From Vicugna vicugna (Eukaryota), in assembly GCA_013265495.1 (NCBI GenBank), contig MU060486.1, positions 124,001-188,000 on the forward strand: 64,000 nucleotides of DNA. Reading direction: 5' to 3'. The position numbers and the translations under genes are program-made. The notes under the pieces were generated by a model. That model searched no databases. It was not told where the DNA came from and saw only the letters and a list, made by a program, of their open reading frames with translations. This document shows positions 20,301 through 32,300 of this stretch, piece after piece; within the stretch, counting starts at the first letter, position 1, and each line of letters begins with the position of its first letter.

Positions 20301-23300
20301 ACGAGTCGAACCAGCCGGTCCAGTACTCCATTACCATCTTGGGCTGAACGCTCTGCGCACCACAAAAGCAGATGTCAGCTGGCTGAGGGAGATGGGGGCC
20401 CTTCCTGAGGAGTTCAGCACCTCTGACTTCTGGACCCTTCCCAGCTGCACACCCAGCCTCAGACGCCTGTAAGCAGGGCACAGGTGAGCACCAAATGCAC
20501 CTGCAGCTGCTCGTCCCCCATGTGCAGCCTCCACCCGGAGTAGAGTGAGTGGCTGGGGCTACCTAAGTGGACACAGCAGACACTGCCCCGTGGATGTGGT
20601 GTCAATGCTGCCCACGGTGCTGGTGGAGAACCCCAGGTTCCACCTGAGGTGAGCCTTTCCCAGCAGCACAGCCATGTGGTCCTCACACCGGTTTGCTTTC
20701 TAGATCAAACCAAGCTCTGCGTGTCCTCTTCAGGAGGGAGAGCCTTCCACCAGAGTCACCCTCTCTGAGAGGCTCATGTGGACACAGACCCGCAGCTGCC
20801 GCGTCCCTTTGGCTGGAGGGGTCAGAGGCCTGTGGGGTGGGCCCTCCACCAGGCCCAGGTCAGTTTCATCAGAAGTTTGCAAAACCAGACCAGAAGACCA
20901 GGGCGTCACAGCTGTCCCAGTGCAGACTCTGCCACCACGATGCCTCAGCCAGGACGTTCCAGAGTCTAGTATTGCTTCCAGATCCTGACTTGCCGCAGGA
21001 CTGCCTCAAGGACACAGAGCTCACTCCCGGGACTAGCTCTGCACAGCCACGTTCACAGAAGCGCCAGAGCACCAGAGAGGCGCTGGGGCTGATGCTGGTG
21101 TCGCTGGTTCTGCCCCGCAGGTCTTCCTCGCCCATCAAGCACCCACTCTGCCACTGACAGCCTGGCGGTCAGGGGCCCCGGCACAGGGCACCACTGTCCC
21201 TTCAGGGTGGTGGCAGGTTTGTGGTCCGTTGAGTAGAAGGTCCCCACCATGCCGCAGAAAAGGCCACAGAGGTCACGACAATTTTCTAGCAAGATCAGTG
21301 GCTTGGTTTCCTTATGGATGCCTACCTCCAAGGGGACACCCTATACCTTGTTCAGGTCACTGAGTCACACACGTCAGCAGCCTCTAGTGCCAGGAGGGGT
21401 CCCACACCTGAGGGGCCGGGCTGTCCACCAATGGCCCGACGTAGCCAAGAGCTGGCTGTGCCTGGACTGTGCAGGACTCCCTGACCTGCCCCTGCCAGGG
21501 CTTCCCTGTCCTGGAATCTGTCTCCTGTGGCCACTGGGAGAATCACAGGGGATGGGACACTGGAGCCCTCAGCACACGCTGACCCCTGAAGACGTGCTCG
21601 GGGATACCTGCTTTCATCTTTTTGTCACTGGTCAGACCCAGGCCGGCAAGGTGCAGCCTGGCACCCCAAGTAAAGCAGGGCAGGGGCACTGACCCCTTGA
21701 AGGACCTCTGATCTGAACGGCCCCTTCCTGGTTGAAAGCACACGTTGTGGCCACAAGTGCTGTGGACAGGACAAATAGCCTGGGGCCACCCTTCTGAGGA
21801 CGACGCTGCAGGAGCCTCTGGGGATCATGGCTGTCTGAGTTCCCCCCAAACATCACCCACTTGACCTTTAACTGCCCTATGAGGAGTCCCACTGTGACCC
21901 CCACTTCACAGAAGAGGGCAGAGAAGGTGAGGGGCACAACACCATCCCCATCCTGGGCAAACTCCAGGACAAGCCCACTTGGCTCCTGGGCAACTGTTTC
22001 CCTAACGCGTCTCTTCCCCGGTGGGCAGAGACCCTGTCGTCTCAGACCCCCGCTCGGCAGGTGGAGGAAGCGGGGACACAAGCTGGGCCGGGGCCGCCTG
22101 CATGCTGTCTTCTCGCACCTGTGGAGCAGCTGTCCAGGGACCCACTCTGTCCCACCTGGGCACCTCTCTGCATCCTGCTGGTCCCTCTAAACTCCAGTAG
22201 CACCTCCCACACACTGGGGCCCTCACCCTGGCGGCTTCACACTGTGGTGATGTTTCACGTGGCTGTCCCTCTGGACACCACATCTGCTCCGAAAAGGAAC
22301 AGCTGGAACAGGGGACAACCCAGCCTCCCCCACCAACAGCCCCATAACACAGAGTGAGATGCAGCCTCTGCTCCCCCAAATGGTCACAGTGGCCTGGGCC
22401 AGATCATCGCTCTCCCTGGGAGAGGACGCGGACCTAAGACCGGAGGAGTCAGTCAGGGTAGGACTTCACCATAAGTTCCTGGATACATCCAAGAGCTCCT
22501 CCCCTCCTGGCCTGGAAGGGACTAGGACTCCCATTTTCTGGTGACAATCGTCTTTCCGGGCCCAGAGCAGGTTAAGGTCAGACACAAACGGGCAGGGAAT
22601 GTCTCTTCCCTCAACCCCTAGGGCCAAAATGAGCACACCTGGAACTCCTGAGTCTACAAACTTCCAGACAAGAGGCCTCTGGGACACAGCCCACCACACC
22701 CAGAGCTTCACAAAGGGCCCCTTTCTCAAGAGGCAGGAAACTAGCTTCACGCACCAGCCGACACAGGGACCCCTCAGAGCAACCTCGCCGGGGCAGGAAG
22801 AGGGGCACAGGGGTGGGATGGGCCCTGGGGAAGGGAGGCTGAAGCCCAGGGCTGAGCCAGGGCCTTCCCTCTGTCTGCGGACCCAAGCCAGGGACAGGTT
22901 CCCCACATGGAGGCTCAGCCCCGCTTTGGGAACCTGGTCCATGCTCACTGACTCACCTGGACACTTAGCAGATAGGTGACCAGCAGCTGCAGCTCGCTCT
23001 GTGACTGCAGGTTGATGGTGGCCAGCACTGCAGGGGAGGAGAACAGAGAGTTCTCCCCAGATCCAGGAAGACCTGGACCCTCCTCACCCCACCAGCAAAT
23101 CAACTAACTCATCTCGACTCTGTCTCCCACCTCCAGTCACAGCTGACTTCCTGTAACGTCAGGAGAAACCCCACCACTCGGCAGAGCCCCCCACCCCGAG
23201 AGGCACACCCCCCTGAGACGCACCCACCCTGCACTGCTCTTGATCAACATACTCTTTAGACCAGAGCCCAGAGCCTACAGTGCACGTCCAGTGCCCAGTA

Positions 23301-26300
23301 CAGGGTGCCCTTCTAAACCAAGGCTCCCTTTTACATCTTAGGGAATGGCTAATTTTCTGTTCCACCCCCAAGATCTTTAAACGGCTTTCTGCCAGAAAAC
23401 GGGATCCCTGAGAAAGAAACCACGGACGTGGCCCTGAGGTTCCTTGCCTGCGTCTTGCTCCTAGATGGGGGGCCTGGGGAGGCAGGGGAGCCACCTGGGC
23501 AGCTGGCCCCCCAATGCACCAGTGATTACAGACAGACAGACAGACAACAGCTGGGGCTCCGGGAGGTTAAACGACTTGTCTCAGGTCACACCACTGGTGA
23601 GTGACCCACCTGTCTGGGTAAGACTGCACATCCAGGCCCTCCTCACCAGAAGTGGACACCTGAGACAGGGGGCCAGACTGAAACCTTGGCAGGGTCTCAG
23701 AGCCCAGTCAGCACGGCCAAGCGAACCCTGCACCTGCTCCATCCTCCGTGACAGCCCAGGAAACAAGACGGAGGAGGAGACAGTAGGGAGCAAGAACGGG
23801 AGATGGGACGGTAGTTCAAGGATACCTCGGGTGCCTGGAAAGGGGCGGTGGGTCTGGAAGCCACCTGAGAGCCGAGGGGACTGCTGGCCCCCACCCCAGC
23901 CCCCTGCATCTCCACATCCCAGCCTCACGCCCCCTCTAGCCCAGGAAAGCGGAGGCTCGGTGGGAAGAGGACACTATGAACAGGTGACCCCTGCCGTTCC
24001 TACTGCCGGACACCCGCAGTGACGGCCCGAGGGTTCTCCTCAGGCATCACTTCATCCTGCGAAGCAGCACCCGCAGCACCATACAGGATTCCTCTCACTG
24101 GAACACGGACTCGCCCATCACCCACGGAGAGAGCACCAGCCACACCCCCACCAGCCCCCAGGGCCACTCGGTGCCTCTTCCCTAAACTGCTGGGTCAGCG
24201 CCAGATGATCCATCAAGAGGCTCCCAGACATGGGAAACAGAGCAGAACCAGTTAATGTGCAAAACAGTGAAATGCCCTCAGAGAGAGATGAGAAAGACAG
24301 AGTCCCTGAACAAGCAGGCTGTGAGGAAAGAAATATGTTGAAGAGAAACGTGAGTGTGGCCCAGGAACTAGGACTGGAGGAAAACAGCTGAGGATGTCAC
24401 CCATGACACAGCAGGGAAGGCGGGGATGAACCACCGCGCACTTGGAGGGTCACCACGGCGGCACACAGGCCAGACGGGACAGCACAGCCGGGAGGGGCCA
24501 GCTGGCCGCCCCGCCCGGCAGCTCGGACGGGGCGTCCCGCAGAGACCACCACTGGGAAACCTGGACAGACAGGCGGACAGACAAGAGGATGGGGACCCAG
24601 GCCCAGTCCCAGGGAAGGCGTGCCGGCCGCGGTCAGGCCCGGGACAGCGCGGCGCCGGCGCCACCGGGCTGGACCAGAATCTGACAGCGCAAAACCTGTC
24701 GACACCAGGACAGGAGTTCGGAAGAGAAAAGAGGGAGGGAGGAAGAGGGAGAGAAAAGCCCTCAACAGGAGAGGAAAATACACGGGGTAATTACAGCAGA
24801 AGCGCGGCCGCCAGTCAGGGCGGGGAGGGGTCTGCACCGCCAGGAGGGCCGCGGGGCCAGAGCGGCAGCGGAGACCTGAACCCTCGGCGGGAAGGAGCGC
24901 GCAGCCCCACGTCACCGAGATTTACGGAGAAGATGCCCGAGAAGAGTTAAATGTTCAGAATGGTCACTGCCGGGCGCTGCGCGCGGAGGGCCACACTGTT
25001 TCTTTATGCGCGTTCCTATGATTTTACTTTTACACCTTGGGAAAGCCTTACTTTACTTTACTTTAACTAAATCGTTTAAAATAAGTAATTCCGGGCGGCA
25101 GGCAGCGATCCGGAGGCTGGGGGCGGGGGTGAGGGCGGGAGGAGGAGAGGCGGGGGCGCGAGGGGCGGGGACCAGCGCGCATCCACCTCCCTGCGCCTCG
25201 GCGGACAGGCCGGCAGCTAAACCCGCCCCGCCCAGAGGGCCCCGCCCCAGCGCGGCCGCAGCCCCTCCAGGCGCTGAGCCGGTGCGCGGAGCCCCGGAAG
25301 CAGCCGCGGGGACACAGCGCCCCGCGTGGAAGCGACGGGAACTGCGCCCGTCTTACGGTGGGAGGACAGGCCCCCAGGAGACCAGCCAGGTCCGAGAATC
25401 GCCCCGGACGCCAGGGAGAACGACGACGTTTCAAGGAAAAGACACTGAAGGTACCACCGGAGGTCGCGGACAGTGTCATGCATGGGGAGGCCACCGCGAC
25501 CCAGAAAGGGGCAGGGCCGGTGTAGAGAGGAGGGTGGTACTGGGCTCGCCAGGGGCCAAGACGGGGAGGCATGGGGCCAGGGGCCAGGGAGCATGGAGGA
25601 GGGGACGGTCAAGGGGACAGCGGAGAAACAGAACACCCTGCAGGGACGTGGGCCAGCAGAGCCCTACTGGAGGGAGAAAGAGCAGCACATTTATGTGCGG
25701 GTGTTACGGACCAGGAGGGATAAAACCTGGTTATGTGGGACAGGACGGGGCCGGGGAGAAAGGGCTTGCTCGTGTGGGAGCAGCGCGTCCACAGGACAGG
25801 GAGACGCAGGGCGACGGCCCGGTGTAGGGACTGAGAGGCCAGCCACAGGGTCTACCCAAGTCCACCTGTCCCAGCCTCCCCTACCCGCTGAGGCCCAGAC
25901 CCACGCACACAGGAGAACAGGCATCAGAGAACTCCGCTGTGGCTCAGGCCGTCTGGGGGAGCACAGCCAGGCCGGGGTGCCGCCCCCGTCCCCCGTCCCC
26001 TACATGCCCAACAGGCAAGTACCTCCATCCACGACCCCCTTGCTCAGGCCGTCCTTGTTGTCTGAGGTCAAGAGCAGCTCCACGATACCCCGGTCCTCCA
26101 AGGCCTGTGAGGGATCAGACTAGTCAGCCTGCCGTTCCTCAAAGGAGAGAAAGGGGGAGAGTCTCCACAAATGACTGTTCTGTGCAGAAAGCCGCCTGCA
26201 TTTCAACAAAGCTCCAGTCAGCTTGAGCTCCCACCGTGGCACTCCCGACTGTACCATACACTGGACGCAAATATCTGACTCCACCCCAGGGACCCTTATT

Positions 26301-29300
26301 TAACCGGCAGAGCATGTAGCCCGAGCGCAGCGAGTTGAAACAACTCCCCAGATGGAGCCAACGTGCAGTGGAGGGTGGGGCCATGGCCTCAGGTGCCGGA
26401 GTGAGAGCAGCCCCCCAGGAAGACCCCCTACCACTGCCACCCAGTTAAGGATCCTTTACTCCTGGCCCCGGCAACACCACGTGTGAACTGTGCTTCCACT
26501 AACCTCAACCAACAAAGAGTAAACAGGTGAGGACTCTGTGGAACTAAAGGGAGGGAGAATGGGTTCACTAATTAGTAAATGGTGCTGGGAGATGTGGTCT
26601 TGACCAGAGAGGAGCACCAGACCCGCACACCACACCAGAGCCCATAACACACCCCACAGAAAGAGCGTGGAGACAGGGCCCAAGCTGACGCTTACTCTCT
26701 TGACATAGGGCATGTAGGCAGGGTCTCTGTTATAGGAGCCATACTCGTTCTCCACCTGCACAGCGATGACAGGTCCTCCGTACCTGTACTGGGGAAGACA
26801 GAAACGGTCAGGGCATGGGTGTCGTGGGAGCCACAGAAGCTCGTCGCCGAATACCAGAAATACATCCCACTTCAAAGTGCAGGTCTCAGAAAGCTTGGTG
26901 TATAATTGAGTGACGTCAGAGGACATGGAGCAGGAGGCTCCAGGCCCCCGTTCCCCTGTGGAAACATCAAATAAACAACTACACACTGACTAAAATAACT
27001 TCGTAGGGGCTTTGGAAAGAAGCCAAGTGTTTAAGCAAACAACTGAATGCCCAATCAAGAAGAAGACATTTTTTGAATGGCAGGAAATTCCATGTTGTCC
27101 CGCCCCCTCCCTGGTATCTCATGGTACAGTCAGAAGGACCCACCCCGATTACAGTCCCCTTCCCCAGGATAGAAGGGACAGAGCTTGTTTGCAACATTCA
27201 GAGCTGTCTGTAGGCTGCCCGCTGCCTGGTGGACTAGCCTCTGCTATCTGACTTGGAGATCAGACGGAACATATTGGTACAGTTTGGACCTCTGGCTGAG
27301 AGCTGCAGAAGACAGGGATGGCCCACAGCATGTCAGCACTCTGGGGACTACAGACCCAAGGATGCCTGGCAGCAAAGTGTCACAGGCAGAGGAACACAGA
27401 GAACACCTCAGGCCACAGGAAGAAGCCAGGGTGAGACTCAGGGAATCAAGGCATAAAAGCAGCTGGGGGAAATTAAAAATAAAATAAATAAAAACATACA
27501 CACTAGCCGGATAGGATACATGCCAAGAAAACATGTGAAATGATCTCAAGCCTTCATCCTAGGCTGATCTCCAAGAGCCCTCTGAATAGTAAAGGTGTCC
27601 CTGCAGACTGCAAGAACTGGGAGAGGGGCTGTTTCCTCAAATGCCCAGTTTTCAACCAAAAAACATGGCATACAAAGAAACAGGAAAACATACCTCATTC
27701 AAAGGGACAAAATAAATATCCAGAAACAGTCTCTAAAGAAACACACCACTGAACTTACTAGACAAAGATTTTAAAATAACTGTCATAAATATGCTCAAAG
27801 AGCTAAAGAAAAACATGGACAGAGAAATCCGGAAAAGGACATACAGACAAAGTGAGAGTATCAATAAAGAGACAGAGACTATTACAAAAACTAAACAAAA
27901 ATTCTGGAGCTGAAAAGTACATTATCTAAATAGAAAAATTCACCATAGGAGTTCAACAGCAGATTCAAACAGGCAGAAGAAAGATCGGGCAAACTTGACG
28001 ACAGGTCATTTTGAAGTATTGCGTCTGAGGAGCAAAAAGGAAAAAGAAAGAAGAAAAGTGAACAGAGCCTGAGGGACTTAAGCAACATCAGTAAACAGAC
28101 TAATATATTCAGTAAGACACCCTAAAAGGATAATAAAGAAAGGGGGAGAGAGATTATTTGAAAAAATAATAGCTAAAAACCTCTCAAATTTGAGGAGACA
28201 TAGATATACAAATCCAAGAAGCTTCCGTGAACTCCAGGGAGCATTAAATCAAAGACCCATACCAGTACACATTATCAAATGTTCAGAAGCCAAAGACAGA
28301 GATTCTTAAAAGGAGCAAGAGAAAAGTAACTTGACATGGACAAAGGGTCCGCAACCTTGCACGACACTTGGTCCTATCCAAAACATCCATAAGACATTCT
28401 CTCCATAAGACATTTAGTTCATGCCAAAAGGTCCTTGAAATTTGGTCCTGTCCAAAATGTCGATGTGCATTCTTGGACAGGACCAAACATCAAAGACTTT
28501 TTAGCGTGGACCAAATGTCTTATGCACATTTTGGACAGGACCAAATGTCTGCTAACCGTCCCCAATAAGACTATCAGTGGATAGCTCATCAGAAATCTTG
28601 CAGGACAGAGACAGTGGGATAATACATTAAAGTGCTGAAGGAATGACAAAAAACTACCAGCTGAGAATTCTATATCCACAAAACTATTCTTCAAAAATAA
28701 GAGAAAACTTAAGATATTCTCAAACAAACAAAATCTGAGGGAACTCATTACCACTAGACTTGCCTAACAAGAAATGCTACATGGAGTCCCTCAAGGTGAA
28801 ATAAAAAGATGCTAGACGAGAACTCAAAGCCAAATGAAGATATAAAGTTCTCCGGTAAAGGTAAATATGTGGGAAAAAAATGTACAAACCAGCACTATTA
28901 GAATTTTAGTTTATAATTCCACTTTTTATTTTTACAGGATTTAAAAAGACAAATGCATAAAATAATTATGAATCTGTATTAACTGGCACACAATATATAG
29001 AGGTATAATTTGTGACAACAGTAATAAAAAGGGGGCAGAGCTGTAAAGGAGTAGAGCCTTTGTTTGTGACTGAAGTTAAGCTGGTGTCTACATAAAACAG
29101 AGTGCCATAACTTTAGGACAGTATATGTAATCCCAATGGTAACCACAATCAAAATATCGACAGAATATACAGAAGGAGATGAAAAGGGAATCAAAACTTA
29201 CCACTAAAAAAATCAACTAAATGCAAAGAAGGTAGTAATGAAGGTGATGAGGGATAAAAAAAGAACTATAAGACATACAGAAAACAAATAACAAAAGTAA

Positions 29301-32300
29301 GTGCTTCCCTATCAGTAATTACTTGAAGTGTAAATGGATTAAACTCCCCAACCAAAAGACACAGATTCGCAGAGTGGATAAAAAAACAGTATCCAACTAT
29401 GTGTTGTCTACAAGACACTCATGTTAGATCTACAGACAATCACAGGTTGAAAATGAAAGGATGGAAAAAAATGTTCTATGCAAATAGTAACCAACAGAGA
29501 GCAGGGATGACTAATACCAACCAAAATAGACTTTAAGTCAAAAGCTGTTAGAAGACACAAAGAAGGACATTGTATAATATACATGGGTGTGTGTGTGTAT
29601 GTGTGTATACACACATACACATATATATACATACATATATATATTCACACAATGATACAAGGGTCAATTTAGAAGATACAATAATTATAAACATACATGC
29701 ACTGAACATCAGACCTCCAAAGTATTTGAAGCAAATATGGACAGAATTAAAGGGGAGAAAGTGGCTCTATAAAAACAGGAGACTTCAATGCCCCATCTTC
29801 AGCAACAGAGCAACCAGGTGGAAGACCGGCAAGGCCAGGACACAGAGGCTTGAGCTGGACCACAGACCAGCTGGACCCCACACACCCACGGAGGACACAG
29901 CGCCCAACAGCACAGAACACGTTCTTCTCAGATGTACACGGAACACACTCTAGAATAAACCGTGTGTTAGGCCACAAAACAAGTTTTAATGAGTTTTAAA
30001 AGACTGAAATCATATGGAGTATCTTTTCCAGTCAGAATAAGATGAAACCAGAAGCCAACAACAGAAAGGAAACTGGAAAATTCACAAGTATGTGAATAAA
30101 CAACCAGTAGCTCAAAGGAGAAATTACAGGGAAGTTGGAAGATATCTTGATACAAATTAAAATGAAAACAACAGAACAAACGTATGAGATGCAGTGAAAG
30201 CAGTGCTCAGAAGGACATTCACAACTGTAAACACATTAGAAGAGATGAGAGCTCTCAAGTCAACAACCTAACTTTTCACCTTAAGGAACTAGAAAAGGAG
30301 AAACAAATTAAACTCAAAGGCAGCAGAGGAAGGAAATAATAAATTTTAGAGCAGAGAAAATATACAGACTAGAAAAACAGTGGAGAAAAAGCTACAAAAC
30401 CAAGAGCTGGTTCTTTGGAAAGATCAACAAAGTTGGCAAAACTTTAGTCAGATTAATAGGAGAGAAAAAACTCAAGTAACTAAAAATCAGAAACAAAACA
30501 GATGGAGACACATTTATACTAAAAAAAATTTACTCCTTGCTTATCTGAAAATCACATTTAACCGGGTATCCTCTGTTTTATTTGCCTACCATGCAGATGA
30601 CCAGCAGTTCCTTTGATCTGAGTGTGCTGTGAGTATCCCAAACCATTGACTCAAAGCAGTTTTTACTGATGTTCTAATTTCTTGGTGTCACACTTCTTAT
30701 TTTCACAGAAGCAACTGGGTTAATTATTTTCATTCCTGCTTTTTCACTGTTTCCGATTATTACATGCAGTGTTAAGATACTCCCCAAAATTCGCTTTGAC
30801 GCCTATGCTTTGAATGTTGGGTGTGCCATGTAGCACCTTTTTGGTAGCAGAAGGATGTACCGTGCAATGTCCTCAGTGGTAACTTTACAACTACAAGAAG
30901 TCCTGCCGTCCCCCAGGCAGGGGCCTCCCCACATACGCTCCCCCCAGCAGAGCAGAGCCACTGGGCTGTGGGGACACAGACGGGGGTTTCCAGTTATCCG
31001 GGCGTCAAGGGCCCCTGGAGGCAACACTGAAATAGATAGACCTCCAAAGAGACCCCGCCGTGGGGAGGGCTGGGCCCTGTGTCGAAGGTGCTGCGAGCCC
31101 CTGGCCTGAGGGCTCCACCCAGGCTGCGGCCACCACTGGGGGACGGGGAGGGGGAGGGAGAGCGTGCCCACCCTTACCTGGAGGGGCACCACCCTGGACA
31201 TCAGGTGGTCAAAATAAAGGTCCACTGCGTCAGCGAAGCCCTTGTAGGTTGTCCTCAGCCTCATGCCGGAGTCCTGGAGTAGCCAGCTTGAACAAAGAGG
31301 AGGGTGATTAGTTTTGCTGTCTGTGGGTTCGCCCTGGGCAGGGTGATGCATGAGAAAGAGGCATGGTCAGAGAGCTTGGGAATGAGGGAGGACCTCTGAC
31401 CCACCTCCACTGGGTGGGGGTGGCAGGCAGGATGCTACACCACAGACTGGGGCAGACACCGCTTGGATCAGGCCTGGCACAGCCCCGTGCCCCCTGAGGT
31501 CACAGTCCTGCGCCCCCTGAGGTCACATGCTTGCCTCCTGCAAAGGGCACAGCCCTGCATCCCCTGAGGTCACGGCCCCGTGTCCCCAGAAGTCACAGCC
31601 CCGAGGCCACTCTATTTCCAGCTTTAGGGCTGGCTGCCAGTCAGCGTGAGAAAGGCTTCTCTTTGAACTCAAGGCCCAGTTTTCAAGCATTTACTCCAGT
31701 CTCAATACAAAGGGGTGAGGAGAATGGAATGAGGAATCACAGGGTCAGAGGACACAGGTGTCGCCTTCCAGGTCACCCAGAAGAAGCATGAGATGCGGCT
31801 GAGAGGCCAACTCTGGTCCAGCCGCCTCCACGCCCACCTTCCCCTCATCAGTATTCAAAGCCCACTCATGGGAGGAGCTGGAGACCAAGATTAGTCCCTC
31901 CTGCAACCTGCCTGTGTGACCTTGCTCCCCAGGTGAGCGGAGCGTCACTCCCAGAGCTGGAGCCAGGGTGTTTCCCCTCTCACCTGAAATTCTGAGCAAC
32001 ACTGATATTTTTACAAAAGGCTCTGATGCATCTTTCGTCCTGATTTGAAGTCTGGAACGGGGTCAGAAAACCATCAATCTGAGTCAGGTAACCCTGGACA
32101 AGGAGACGGCAGCTCCCTCGGGTCTGACCCCGTCTTATCTAGAAACCTCTGTCTCTCCTCCTCACCGGGATCCTGTGGGATTCCCAGTGCTCCCAGCTCT
32201 CCCCCTCCCCGGGGCTGCCCCACCACCACGAGCCTGTCCTTCCCGTGACCCGGACCTGCATGGACAGATGAGTGCAGGGAGGTCTGAGTGCTGGAGCCCC

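Larger units (their letters stand above)
27000..30500 (+). mobile_element. Old LINE-1 (L1M-type): 5' region, decayed ORF1 and ORF2 endonuclease region; antisense to GLB1L2
   Basis: A-rich ORF1-like text (aaagattttaaaataactgtcataaatatgctcaaagagctaaag). At about 29300-29420 there is decayed ORF2 N-terminus (gtaattacttgaagtgtaaatggattaaactccc...gtgttgtctacaagacac). Boundaries approximate. Confidence 0.85.

Noticed and set aside
25006-25827. 273-aa + strand ORF in the intronic CpG island
   Set aside because: Expected from GC content; no recognisable motifs
28351-28557. CRISPR-like reading of the repeated GGTCCTGTCCAAAA units (and of the 23-bp array at 31478)
   Set aside because: Mammalian intron; units occur in both orientations or lack unique regular spacers; no cas genes
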